A stretch of 32,000 nucleotides of DNA, taken from contig NZ_LQNT01000009.1 in the NCBI RefSeq assembly GCF_001619585.1, positions 1,162,685 through 1,194,684 of the forward strand, in the 5' to 3' direction. Made by a program: the position numbers and the translations under genes. This DNA is from Bhargavaea cecembensis. Its GTDB lineage: Bacteria > Bacillota > Bacilli > Bacillales_A > Planococcaceae. The stretch's first letter is position 1. The number at the start of each line of letters is the position of its first letter. Of the stretch, positions 14,320-22,973 are shown in pieces. Below the pieces are notes generated by a model. That model was not told where the DNA came from. It saw only the letters and a list, made by a program, of their open reading frames with translations, and did not search any database.

Positions 14320-15651
14320 TCAGACGCTTGCCTCCGCGACACGCGCATACCGGTTTTTCCTGAACGGCAATCCCATGTGCTCGCGCAAAGTCATGCCTTC
14401 ATAATCTTCACGGAACAGGCCGCGCTCCCTGAGAATCGGGACGACTCCGTCCACAAAGTTCTCCAGAAGGCCGGGAAGGTTGGCGATCAGCATGAAACCG
14501 TCCGCTGCACCGCTCCGGTACCATTCTTGAATCCGGTCCGCCACCTGTTCCGGGGTGCCGATAAACGGGGTTTTCGGCGCGGCTTCGCGCATGGCGGTTT
14601 CCCTCAGGGTCAGTCTGTCGCGGCGGGCACCCCGGATGATGCGCTCGGTGTCACTCTGGAATCCGTTCGCCCCCATACCGCCCAGATCCGGAAATGGCGC
14701 ATCCGGGTCGTATTGTGTGAAGTCATGGTGATCAAAGTGGCGGCCAAGATCGGCGAGCGCTTCCTCCAGTGAAACGGTGGCGGTGAGTTCTTTACGGATA
14801 CGGAATGCTTCTTCCTCCGTCTCTGCTACGATCGGGCTGATGCCCTGGATGACAAGCAGTGCGTCCGGGTTCCGGCCGTTCCGCGCTGCCCGCCTCTTCA
14901 TGTCCGCATAATACTCTCGTGCCGCCCCAAGTTCCCCGTCGATCGCGAATACGACATCCGCCGTGTCCGCGGCAAATCGGCGGCCGTCCTCCGACTTGCC
15001 GGCCTGGAAGATGACGGGCTGGCCCTGCGGCGAGCGGGCGATATTAAGTGCTCCCTTAACCGAAAAGAACTCACCGTCGTGCTCCGCTTCGTGCATCTTT
15101 TCCGGGTCAAAGAAGACACCGTTCTCCTTATCCCGGATGAACGCATCATCTTCCCACGAATCCCACAGTTTCTGCATGACCTCGGTGAATTCTGCGGCCA
15201 TCCGGTAGCGGATGCCATGCTCCGGGTGCATGTCCCGCCTGTGGCCAAAGTTGAATGCTGTACCTCCGAGCCCGGTCGTGACGGCGTTCCATCCGGCTCT
15301 TCCCCCGCTCAGCATGTCCAGGGAAGCCAACTGCCGTGCGGCGGGATAAGGTTCGCTGTAAGTAGACGATAGCGTAGCGACGAGCCCGATTCTTGAAGTA
15401 ACTGACGCAAGCGCGGAGAGGATGGTGAGCGGCTCAAAGCGGTTCAGATAGTGAGGAGTGGACTGCGGAGTGATGTACATTGCATCTGCAACAAAGACAA
15501 AATCGAACTTCCCGCGTTCCGAAACAAGTGCCTGCTCCTTGTAGAAATTAAAGCTGACACTCGCATCGGAAGGAATCCCCGGGTGCCTCCAATCGGTCCG
15601 GCGCTCCCCCGCTCCGTGAATCATCGTCCCCAGAACCATTCCTTTTCCCAT
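14320..15651 (-). CDS. LLM-class flavin-dependent monooxygenase, NtaA/SnaA/DszA family
   Basis: 443 aa starting from MGKGMVLGTMIHGAG at 15651, with a GGGAGG SD 8 nt upstream. The family-typical N-terminus is present (..WRHP......F.FY...A...E.GKFD.VF.AD), as is the length. No partner flavin reductase gene is adjacent. Confidence 0.8.
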   Translation of the reverse strand: MGKGMVLGTMIHGAGERRTDWRHPGIPSDASVSFNFYKEQALVSERGKFDFVFVADAMYITPQSTPHYLNRFEPLTILSALASVTSRIGLVATLSSTYSEPYPAARQLASLDMLSGGRAGWNAVTTGLGGTAFNFGHRRDMHPEHGIRYRMAAEFTEVMQKLWDSWEDDAFIRDKENGVFFDPEKMHEAEHDGEFFSVKGALNIARSPQGQPVIFQAGKSEDGRRFAADTADVVFAIDGELGAAREYYADMKRRAARNGRNPDALLVIQGISPIVAETEEEAFRIRKELTATVSLEEALADLGRHFDHHDFTQYDPDAPFPDLGGMGANGFQSDTERIIRGARRDRLTLRETAMREAAPKTPFIGTPEQVADRIQEWYRSGAADGFMLIANLPGLLENFVDGVVPILRERGLFREDYEGMTLREHMGLPFRKNRYARVAEASV

Positions 15652-15681
15652 GATGCATGCCTCCCGGATGATAGTGGCTTC

Positions 15682-15710
15682 ATCATACCGCCTTTCTTTA
15701 CAGGTGTAAA
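15682..15710 (-). promoter_or_regulatory. Predicted sigmaA promoter of the monooxygenase gene, with an overlapping dyad
   Basis: Minus strand: TTTACA (15705-15710), 17-nt spacer, TATGAT (15682-15687). The dyad CTTTACA-nn-TGTAAAG (15696-15711) overlaps the -35. A perfect 14-bp palindrome, ATTTCCCGGGAAAT, lies at 15741-15754. Confidence 0.5.
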
Positions 15711-15758
15711 GACACCGGAAACAGGACAATTTCCGACACTATTTCCCGGGAAATGTCG

Positions 15759-15791
15759 AAAACGCCCTTTCCGCTTCAGGAAAAGGCGTTT
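15759..15791 (-). terminator. Intrinsic terminator after the BceB-like permease gene
   Basis: Minus strand: AAACGCCTTTTCC-tgaagc-GGAAAGGGCGTTTTCG, starting 4 nt after the stop codon. Confidence 0.7.
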
Positions 15792-15794
15792 CAT

Positions 15795-17756
15795 TTAGAG
15801 TGCAGCGTTCACTGTCTTCCGGTAATAGCCAATGGTGAGGACGGCGAACATCAGGTAGATTAGGGCGTACGCGGTCATGGCAATGGTTACCGGCAGTGTA
15901 ATGTCGGTCGACATAAAGATGAACGACACGGATTTGATGGCGAACACCGAGTGGAGAAGGCCCATCAGGAGAGGAATTCCAAAGACAAAAGCCTGCTTGC
16001 GGCGGATGCCCTTCATGATCTCACCTGTCTTGAATCCGAGCTGGCGGAGCGTCGTATAGCTCCGCTTTTCCTGTTCAGCTTCACTCATCTGCTTAAAGTA
16101 CAGGATGCTTCCCGTCGAGGCGAGGAACGCCAGTCCGAGGAAACCGGTAATAAAGATCATAATGCCATAGTAGGCGATGGAATCCTTAAAGGTGGCATAG
16201 TAATCGAGCCGCATATTGCCGTGGCTGAACGGCTCGAACAGTGCGGAGGCTTCCTCGAGGTCCGCTTCATCATCCAGTTTGAAGGCGACAACGGTTTGTA
16301 CCTTTTCCTCAGGTGCCGCCGCTTTCAGCCGGTCGTACGTAACGGCGGTCACCGTGAGCTGTGAGGAGATGCCGGCTTCTCCATTGGCGACTTCCTGTTC
16401 GCCGAGTGACCGGATGACGAGGCTTTCTTCGGCTTCCCCCATCGTGAGCTTGGCGTCAAACGGAAACACCTCATCGGTCATGAGCCATGCAATTCCGGCA
16501 TCATGGATAATCGCCTCCCCTTCAGCCGGCTCCTCGATCTGGAGGCCTGATGCCTCGAGCTGGCGCGGGTCGAACACATTGACATTGACCGTCCTGCCTT
16601 CCAAGCCCAAAAGTTCGGGAAGACTTTCCCCGCTAAAGGCACTGTCCGTCAGGATGTAGTCGAGTGGCTGATCGGTATAGCCGATTCCCGCCTGGTCCAA
16701 CTGCTCGGCAAAGAGTGCTGCAGATTCTTCAACCGTCCGCTCCGCACCTTCTCCAGATTCTTCGATCATGAAGTCGTGTGGAACGGTCACGCGCGTCTCC
16801 TGCTCGGCCGAATAGTACAGTGAGTAGGCGAATCCTGCCATGGCGAGCGTCATCGCAGATAGTGTCGTGATGACCGTGAGTGACTTGGCATTGGCCTTCA
16901 TCCGGTGCATGAGCGGCGCGGTGGAGAGTGCTCCGGCAAGGCCGATATGACCGTTCTTCTGCTTCCTGACCAGGGTCATGAGCCATCCGATCGTAACGCG
17001 GAACACAAGATACGTGCCGGCAATGACAAGGGCAAGGACGAGCAGCATGTTAAGGAAGAGGAACATACTCAGCATGTATTCGGAGTTGGCAAACCAGTAG
17101 CCGAAGCAGACCATGGCGACACCGAGAAGACCGAGCAGTGCCGATCGGAACGGCTTCGGCTGCTTTGGATGTTCATCCTTCTTGTCATCATTGAACAGGT
17201 CAATCAGCTGAGAGCGCCGGACTTTCCAGAACATCCGGAACGATGTGATCACAATCAGGACGGCGAACACGCCTGCTGTCTGGAGAAACGCCGCTCCGCT
17301 GAACGACAGGTTGACGAAGCCTTCATATCCGACAAGCTTCATCAGCAGAAGCAGGAAAAGCCGTGAGACAAGCAGCCCCGCTCCGACACCGACAATGAAT
17401 GCGCCGGCACCGAGAAGGATATTTTCGATGATCAGGAGGCGTGACACCGCTCCCTTGGTCAGTCCGACCAGCTGATAAAGCCCGATCTCGCGGCTCCGGC
17501 GCTTCAGGAACAGGTCATTGGCGTAGGTCACGAAGATGATGAGAATCCCGAACAGCAGGACGGTCGCTGCCTGGAAACCGGACGACATCTTGGCAGACAG
17601 ATCGGTCTGTTCGACGACCGCCGAATCATGCTGGAGCGTCGAAAAGATGAAAAACAGCGTGACGCCGAAAATCAGCGCAAAAAAGTACAGATAATAATGC
17701 TTCACGTTCTTCCGCATGCTGCGGAGGACGAGATCAACGAGCGTCAACGCGGTCAC
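15795..17756 (-). CDS. BceB-type ABC transporter permease (FtsX-domain, 10 TM with a large extracellular loop)
   Basis: 653 aa. The N-terminus [22 protein letters not shown] parallels the BceB N-terminus. A hydrophilic loop of about 200 aa lies between TM7 and TM8. The track start is GTG at 17756; TTG at 17747 is an alternative. Confidence 0.85.
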   Translation of the reverse strand: MTALTLVDLVLRSMRKNVKHYYLYFFALIFGVTLFFIFSTLQHDSAVVEQTDLSAKMSSGFQAATVLLFGILIIFVTYANDLFLKRRSREIGLYQLVGLTKGAVSRLLIIENILLGAGAFIVGVGAGLLVSRLFLLLLMKLVGYEGFVNLSFSGAAFLQTAGVFAVLIVITSFRMFWKVRRSQLIDLFNDDKKDEHPKQPKPFRSALLGLLGVAMVCFGYWFANSEYMLSMFLFLNMLLVLALVIAGTYLVFRVTIGWLMTLVRKQKNGHIGLAGALSTAPLMHRMKANAKSLTVITTLSAMTLAMAGFAYSLYYSAEQETRVTVPHDFMIEESGEGAERTVEESAALFAEQLDQAGIGYTDQPLDYILTDSAFSGESLPELLGLEGRTVNVNVFDPRQLEASGLQIEEPAEGEAIIHDAGIAWLMTDEVFPFDAKLTMGEAEESLVIRSLGEQEVANGEAGISSQLTVTAVTYDRLKAAAPEEKVQTVVAFKLDDEADLEEASALFEPFSHGNMRLDYYATFKDSIAYYGIMIFITGFLGLAFLASTGSILYFKQMSEAEQEKRSYTTLRQLGFKTGEIMKGIRRKQAFVFGIPLLMGLLHSVFAIKSVSFIFMSTDITLPVTIAMTAYALIYLMFAVLTIGYYRKTVNAAL

Positions 17757-18528
17757 CCCCGAGCACGGCCTGCATGTTCAGGATGTCCTGGAAAAACGCC
17801 TGGCGCGGCTTGTCGCCCCGGTAAAGCTCGGAGTACATCGCCCCGTCCTTCAGGAAGATGACGCGGCTGCAATAGCTGGATGCGACCGCATCATGCGTGA
17901 CCATCATGATTGTGACACCGCGTGACTGATTCACATCTTCAAGCGTGCCGAGAAGTGCCGACGCTGACTTGGAATCAAGCGCCCCCGTCGGCTCATCGGC
18001 AAACACCATTGACGGATGGTTGACCAGAGCTCGTGCGGCGGACGTACGCTGTTTCTGTCCGCCGGAGATTTCATGCGGGTATTTGTGGCCATGCTCGCGG
18101 ATGCCGAGAATACCCGCAATATCATTGAACTGCTCCTCGGCGGCTTTTTTCGAGAGCCCGCCGAGCGATGCAGGCAGCAGGATATTTTCCTTGACCGTGA
18201 GCGTATCCAGCAGGTTGTAGTCCTGGAAGATAAAACCGAGCTTATCTCGCCGGAATGTCGACAGCTGCGCATCCTTCATTTTCGACGTCTCGTTTCCGTC
18301 AATCGTGATCGTTCCCGAAGTCGGCCGGTCAATCGTCGCGAGCACATTCAGAAGCGTCGTCTTGCCTGCTCCCGACGGCCCCATGATGCCGACAAACTCT
18401 CCTTCGCGCACCTGCAGGTTGATTCCCTTCAGCACCTCGGTTGAGTTCAGTTTCGAACCGAACGATTTGCGGATCTGATTTGCCTGCAGCACCGCGCGGC
18501 CCGGCTTGGTGTTGGTCGTTGTCACCAT
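17734..18528 (-). CDS. BceA-type ABC transporter ATP-binding protein
   Basis: 264 aa with Walker [10 protein letters not shown], signature SGGQKQR and Walker [21 protein letters not shown] lies 7 nt before the ATG. The gene overlaps the permease gene by 23 nt. Confidence 0.9.
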   Translation of the reverse strand: MVTTTNTKPGRAVLQANQIRKSFGSKLNSTEVLKGINLQVREGEFVGIMGPSGAGKTTLLNVLATIDRPTSGTITIDGNETSKMKDAQLSTFRRDKLGFIFQDYNLLDTLTVKENILLPASLGGLSKKAAEEQFNDIAGILGIREHGHKYPHEISGGQKQRTSAARALVNHPSMVFADEPTGALDSKSASALLGTLEDVNQSRGVTIMMVTHDAVASSYCSRVIFLKDGAMYSELYRGDKPRQAFFQDILNMQAVLGGDRVDAR

Positions 18529-18600
18529 GATGATTCCTCCTGATGGCGGGATTCACGGCCCCGCCCGATTTGTTGAGTTTATCATATCGCGCGGAGAAGA

Positions 18601-18648
18601 CTGCGGTCGTTCGAAATGGGTGACAATCAGAGGTGTGTAAGTGACGAT
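18601..18648. repeat. Two units of the 21-bp repeat family, upstream of the bceAB-like operon
   Basis: CTGCGGTCGTTCGAAATGGGTGACAAT and CAGAGGTGTGTAAGTGACGAT. The first aligns with the nrd-leader unit CTGCGGGCGTGAATTTGTGACTTG. The second aligns with the reverse complement of the 19815-19900 unit (CTGAAAGTGACGAAT). The GTGAC cores are 21 bp apart. Confidence 0.55.
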
Positions 18649-18720
18649 TTTGTAACGTTGGGGCGGCTCGAGGTTGCTTATCATTCATTCGGCATCGCAA
18701 CTCTTTCATATGCCGGGTCA

Positions 18721-18729
18721 TGCTATAAT
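18721..18729 (+). promoter_or_regulatory. Candidate extended -10 promoter element for the yczE-like gene
   Basis: TGCTATAAT lies 35 nt upstream of the ATG at 18764. No convincing -35 is present. Confidence 0.4.
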
Positions 18730-18763
18730 TGAAGAACTATTTAACTCGGAAGGGGCAGCTGGG

Positions 18764-19384
18764 ATGGCGAAACGGATCACCATTTATCTGGCGGGGCTGT
18801 TCGTCGCGGCATTCGGCATCGCCCTCGTGATCATGTCCGCCGTCGGAGCGGGACCTTGGGATGCGGTTGCGGTCGGACTGAACCTGCACTTTGGGCTGAC
18901 GGTCGGCCTCTGGTCAATCCTTTCCCTGCTTCTCTTCACCCTCCTCACCTTTCTGATTGAGAAAACACGGTTCCGTCTTGAGTCGATGGTGCCCATCATC
19001 ATCCGTGGTGCCTTCCTCGACTTCTGGCTTTATGGCGTGCTCCGGGGGGCGGACTTCGCTTCGTCTCCCGCCCTCCAGTGGACAAGCTTCGCCGCCGGTC
19101 TTCTCCTGATCGGTGCGGGACTCGGCGCCTACATGGAAGCGGGCTTCCCGAAAACACCGGTCGACGGCCTGATGGTGGCCGTCAGCGGCCGCACCGGCTG
19201 GAGCTTCAGTTCGGCCAGAATGCTGATTGAGGGGACCGGAGCGGCGACCGCCTTCCTCCTCGGCGGGCCGGTGGCGCTTGGGACTCTGCTCACCGCCCTT
19301 TTCCTCGGAAAAATCATCCAGACTGTCAACGCGAAAACGAAAACCATACTACAGGCACAGCGACTGCACGAGCAGCGCACCTAA
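18764..19384 (+). CDS. yczE: YczE-like integral membrane protein
   Basis: 206 aa starting from MAKRITIYLAGLFVAAFGIALVIMSAVGAGPWDAVAVGL, with a GGAAGGGG SD 8 nt upstream. It resembles B. subtilis YczE (..GL.I.AFG..L.I.A.LG..PWDV...GL). The track ORF starts 30 codons earlier without an SD. Confidence 0.75.
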   Translation: MAKRITIYLAGLFVAAFGIALVIMSAVGAGPWDAVAVGLNLHFGLTVGLWSILSLLLFTLLTFLIEKTRFRLESMVPIIIRGAFLDFWLYGVLRGADFASSPALQWTSFAAGLLLIGAGLGAYMEAGFPKTPVDGLMVAVSGRTGWSFSSARMLIEGTGAATAFLLGGPVALGTLLTALFLGKIIQTVNAKTKTILQAQRLHEQRT

Positions 19385-19400
19385 AAGGAGAGAGTCAAAC

Positions 19401-19799
19401 ATGACCAACATTACCCCGTTCCTCATGTTCCAGGACAAAAACGCGGAAGAAGCAATGAACTTCTACACATCGCTCTTCAAAAACTCCGAGATCACCAACA
19501 TCGTCCGCTACGGCCCGGATGTTCCGGGCGGGGATGAAGGCACTGTCATGCTTGCGACGTTTACGCTGAATGGCCGGGAGTTCAAATGCATTGACAGCAG
19601 CATCCGCCACCAGTTCGACTTCACCCCGTCGTTCTCGATCTACGTGGACGTCGACACCGAAGAGGAAATCGACCACTTGTACAGCAAGCTCGCAGAGGGC
19701 GGCATGGAACTCATGGCGCTAGGCAACCACGGATTCAGCCGGAAATTCGGTTGGGTGAACGACAAGTACGGTGTGTCCTGGCAGATCAATTTGCCTTGA
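19401..19799 (+). CDS. VOC-superfamily protein, PhnB/YjdN-like (3-demethylubiquinone-9 3-methyltransferase-domain family)
   Basis: 132 aa, starting MTNITPFLMFQDKNAEEAMNFYTSLF and ending KYGVSWQINLP, both typical of the PhnB-like family. An AAAGGAGAGAG SD is present. The track ORF (from 19227) is an upstream extension that overlaps yczE. Confidence 0.8.
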   Translation: MTNITPFLMFQDKNAEEAMNFYTSLFKNSEITNIVRYGPDVPGGDEGTVMLATFTLNGREFKCIDSSIRHQFDFTPSFSIYVDVDTEEEIDHLYSKLAEGGMELMALGNHGFSRKFGWVNDKYGVSWQINLP

Positions 19800-19814
19800 T
19801 TGAATCGGCAGGGC

Positions 19815-19900
19815 CTGGATCGTCACTTTCAAAGCTGGATTCGTCACTTTCAGGGACCGATTCGTCACTTTCAGAGCCCCTTTCGTCACTTTCGCATCAA
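19815..19900. repeat. Four tandem 21-bp units downstream of the PhnB-like gene
   Basis: CGTCACTTTC starts at 19821, 19842, 19863 and 19884, an exact 21-bp spacing. The unit is about GATTCGTCACTTTCAGnGnCC. Confidence 0.85.
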
Positions 19901-19944
19901 AACAGGCCGCCTGAAAAGAACCACAATCCGCTTTTCTCCCATAC

Positions 19945-19976
19945 AAAAAAGGGACGCCATTGCGCGTCCCTTTTTT
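19945..19976. terminator. Bidirectional intrinsic terminator between the PhnB-like gene and yeeD
   Basis: AAAAAAGGGACGC-cattg-GCGTCCCTTTTTT. Confidence 0.85.
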
Positions 19977-20203
19977 CATGCTTCGATATAAAACAGGTAT
20001 TCCTGGCCAGCTTTCTCGGGTTCTTTAGCCAGTTTGTAGCCTGCGCTGACGGCTTCTTCAGGGACATTCCGGAAGGAACCCGGGCAGTCGGTGACCACGT
20101 GGAGGACCTGGCCTTTCTGCATATCCTTGAGGGCGTCGAGTGTGTAAATGACCGGATACGGGCAGGATTCGCCCCGGAGGTCGAGTGTGAAATCAGCTTG
20201 CAA
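19976..20203 (-). CDS. yeeD: TusA-like sulfurtransferase (YeeD/TsuB-type partner of YeeE)
   Basis: 75 aa with the catalytic Cys motif LDLRGESCPYP. I place the start at TTG 20203, which has a GAAAGGGGAG SD 7 nt upstream. The 108-aa track ORF is an extension that overlaps yeeE. Confidence 0.8.
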   Translation of the reverse strand: MQADFTLDLRGESCPYPVIYTLDALKDMQKGQVLHVVTDCPGSFRNVPEEAVSAGYKLAKEPEKAGQEYLFYIEA

Positions 20204-21404
20204 TTTTTTTCTCCCCTTTCGGTAGGATGAGTGTACCGCGTTTGTACTTCGAGTAGAGGTCGATGAACAGATAGCACGCGGCGAGCATCGTGAGCGTGGC
20301 AATAATGGCCCAGCCCGGCCCCATTGCCGGAATGAGGTTCAGCTTCTCGCCGCCTGCAACAAGCAGGTTGTAGACGCCGAGGTGGTCCCAGGAATAAGCG
20401 AGCAACGTGACGCCGATGAGGTTGCCGGCAAAGACGAACAGATACAGGACCTGTCCTTCCATGAGCCGGTACATCATGCCGGTCTCACAGCTGCTTGCAA
20501 GAACGATGCCGAGACCGAACAGGAAGCCGCCGACGAATGTACCGATGGAAGCAACCTGTGTGATCGGCGTCATTCCATAGTTGGCGATGACAAAGATCGT
20601 CAGCACCGAGCTGACGGCCATGGCGATGACAATCGCCTTCGCCATGAGCGTGCGGCCTGTGAGCCACAGATCGCGGAACGCAGACGTGAAGCAGATCTGT
20701 CCGCGCTCGATCAGGATACCGAAGATCGCTCCGAAGATGGCCGCGATGCCGAGGACCGGTTTTCCGGTGGCGAAGAACCAGACGATGAGTCCGGTATAGA
20801 GCAGAGCGACCAGGCCGCCTACATACGGCTGGATGACCCGCTTCTCCCGCTTTGTAACTGGTGCGGGGCCGCCTTTCATCAGTTTCGGCTTGCCTTTCCA
20901 CCATTTGGTCTTGGCGACCTTCACCCCGGCAAAAGTCCCGACGCCGGTCGCGACAATAAAGATCCACGAGTGGAACGAGAACTGAGGTACGCCGGTGAAA
21001 AATGCGGCGAGGTTGCAGCCCATCGCAAGGCGGGCGCCGAATCCGGCGATTGTGCCGCCGATCAGGCCCTGCGCATAGCGCCGTTTCTGCTTGGGTGTGC
21101 GGATCTTGAAGTTGTTGGCGAGCAGGACCGTGATGAGCGCGCCGATCAGCATGCCCCAGACAATCCAGCCGTCGGAACGGGCGAATGTCGAACCTTCCAG
21201 ATGAACGAGATCAAAATAGGCCCAGCCGGAGACATCACCACCGAAAAATTCGACGACATGCCCGCCGAGCCTTGTAAACTCACCTGTCACCGCCCATACC
21301 GTACCGGTGAGGGCGAAATAGGCAGCACTGAAAACCCCGGCCAGAACAAGGGCCATCATCGGGTTCCAATACTGTTCGAATACCCGGTTATATAGGGTTT
21401 TCAT
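20193..21404 (-). CDS. yeeE: YeeE/YedE-family thiosulfate/sulfur-compound transporter
   Basis: 403 aa, polytopic. Conserved Cys-containing segments are present (LAMGCNLAAFF, ERGQICFTSAF, LASSCETGMMY). An AAAAGGAG SD is present. The gene overlaps the TusA-like gene by 11 nt. Confidence 0.85.
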   Translation of the reverse strand: MKTLYNRVFEQYWNPMMALVLAGVFSAAYFALTGTVWAVTGEFTRLGGHVVEFFGGDVSGWAYFDLVHLEGSTFARSDGWIVWGMLIGALITVLLANNFKIRTPKQKRRYAQGLIGGTIAGFGARLAMGCNLAAFFTGVPQFSFHSWIFIVATGVGTFAGVKVAKTKWWKGKPKLMKGGPAPVTKREKRVIQPYVGGLVALLYTGLIVWFFATGKPVLGIAAIFGAIFGILIERGQICFTSAFRDLWLTGRTLMAKAIVIAMAVSSVLTIFVIANYGMTPITQVASIGTFVGGFLFGLGIVLASSCETGMMYRLMEGQVLYLFVFAGNLIGVTLLAYSWDHLGVYNLLVAGGEKLNLIPAMGPGWAIIATLTMLAACYLFIDLYSKYKRGTLILPKGEKKIAS

Positions 21405-21477
21405 ATGTTCAGGACTCCTTTTATTTCATAGAAAAAGACGGACCGGAATCCGTCATGAATAGCTGTTTCCAATATAA

Positions 21478-21506
21478 ATTATAGACTTCACACTTTGGCC
21501 AGTCAA
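21478..21506 (-). promoter_or_regulatory. Predicted sigmaA promoter of yeeE-yeeD
   Basis: Minus strand: TTGACT (21501-21506), exactly 17 nt, TATAAT (21478-21483). This is a near-consensus promoter. Confidence 0.7.
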
Positions 21507-21543
21507 TGTAATTTCCGGAATATGGATTTCTACTAGACTGATC

Positions 21544-22947
21544 CTATTCCTGTTTCCTCTTCGCAATCATCCCCCGGACCACGTCCGGAGCCGGTCCGCC
21601 GGTGATGCGGCGGCGTTCGACGAAGGCGACCGGATCGGCGATGGCGTTCCAGTCCTCTGCGGTGAGTTTGACGTCGCCGAGCCAGCCGTTGACCGTTTCG
21701 AGCGGAATTTCATAGAGTTCTTTTTCCTGCCGGTCGGCTTCGCGGGCGATGAGGCTTGCCTTGTGGTGGGCCCGGCGGAACGAGACACCGTAGTCCCTGG
21801 CGAGCACGTCCGCGAGCTCGGTGATGGTGATCATGTTCTCCCTCGCCTGCCGGAGGGCGCGGTCTTTGTTGAAGGTGAGCGTGGTCACGACGGCATGCAT
21901 CAGCCGGAGCACGCGGTTCGCCTTCTCAAAGCCGGTATACAGATGCGGCTGGAGGTCGTCTTCCGTGTCGTTGATGTCGCCGTATGGCGTGTTGTGGATC
22001 ATGTGGATGACCGCGAGGCCTTCCGCCGCGGCGCTCGATGCGAGTGCGCGGGAGTGCTCCATCGAGACCGGGTTCCGCTTTTGCGGCATGATGCTCGAGA
22101 TCTGCACGTAGGCATCGGATACCCGAAGCAGGCCGACCTCCTTGGACGCCATCCGGAGAAATTCCTGGATCCATCGGCCCATATTCGTCATGAGACTGAC
22201 GAGGCTCTGTGCGGCTTCGATCAGGTAATCCCCCGTCCCGATTGCGTCATACGAGTTCTCGATCATCCCCTCGAACCCGAGCAATTCCACCATCCGCTCC
22301 CTGCTGATCGGGAAGCCGGTCGTCGTGATCGCGGCCGCGCCCATCGGCGACTGGTTCACGGTGTGGCGGGCGCGCTTCAGCCGCTCGATGTCCCGTACCA
22401 GGTTGTCGTAGATCGCGACAAGGTAATGCCCGAACGTCGTCGGCTGGGCGGGCTGTGTGTGCGTGTGCGCCGGCATGACCGACTCCACATGCTCCTCCGC
22501 CTGGGCGAGCAGGGCTTCCGCCAATGCCTCCGCCTGTTCCACCGTCTCGGCCAGGTACTTCCGCAAGACGATCCGGTACATCGCCTCGCCCATGTCGTTC
22601 CGGCTCTTCGCGATATGCATCTTCCCCGCCAGCTCCTCGCCGATCAGCTGGCCGATCTTCGACTCCACGAGGAAAAACAGGTCTTCATGCTCCGCTGAAT
22701 ACTTGAGTTCCGCCCGGTCCATCTTCCAGACTTCCCGGATGGCGTTCAGAATCTTGCCCGCCTCCGATTCGGCCAGGATCTTTTGCTCGGCGAGCATCTG
22801 GGTATGGGCGGCGTGCACCTCAAACATTGCATCAAAAAGATAGTCACGCTGGTCATTGAACACAGGGCGGAGAAGAACGTCCACGTACGTTTTTCCCGGG
22901 AAGACGTCCCCGTCCGCCACAACAAATTCTTTTTTCCAAGCACTCAT
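21544..22947 (-). CDS. Argininosuccinate-lyase paralog (aspartase/fumarase superfamily lyase)
   Basis: 467 aa with the three superfamily blocks KSRNDMGEAM, PAHTHTQPAQPTTFGHY and SSIMPQKRNPVSMEH. It is the last gene of the ABC importer operon. A GAGGTG SD lies 8 nt before the ATG. There is no arg-gene context. Confidence 0.8.
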   Translation of the reverse strand: MSAWKKEFVVADGDVFPGKTYVDVLLRPVFNDQRDYLFDAMFEVHAAHTQMLAEQKILAESEAGKILNAIREVWKMDRAELKYSAEHEDLFFLVESKIGQLIGEELAGKMHIAKSRNDMGEAMYRIVLRKYLAETVEQAEALAEALLAQAEEHVESVMPAHTHTQPAQPTTFGHYLVAIYDNLVRDIERLKRARHTVNQSPMGAAAITTTGFPISRERMVELLGFEGMIENSYDAIGTGDYLIEAAQSLVSLMTNMGRWIQEFLRMASKEVGLLRVSDAYVQISSIMPQKRNPVSMEHSRALASSAAAEGLAVIHMIHNTPYGDINDTEDDLQPHLYTGFEKANRVLRLMHAVVTTLTFNKDRALRQARENMITITELADVLARDYGVSFRRAHHKASLIAREADRQEKELYEIPLETVNGWLGDVKLTAEDWNAIADPVAFVERRRITGGPAPDVVRGMIAKRKQE

Positions 22948-22973
22948 ATTGCTGGCACCTCAAATTCATTTTA

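Noticed and set aside
14255-14322. The nested stem CATGGGC..GAGGAC..GTCCTC..GCCCATG downstream of the monooxygenase gene, as a terminator
   Set aside because: There is no U-tract after the structure, and it overlaps the predicted -35 of the ykkC-riboswitch promoter. The evidence for any specific function is insufficient.
20382-21395. A 337-aa plus-strand ORF antisense to yeeE. Similar long antisense ORFs lie at 21763-22698, 25057-25791, 25951-26748, 8241-8888, 14131-14772, 9051-9689, 11294-11950 and 6295-6954
   Set aside because: All lie fully inside well-supported genes on the other strand. Their composition is Arg/Gly/Asp/His-rich and low-complexity, as expected for mirror frames of GC-rich genes. 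They have no SD sites and no recognisable domains.
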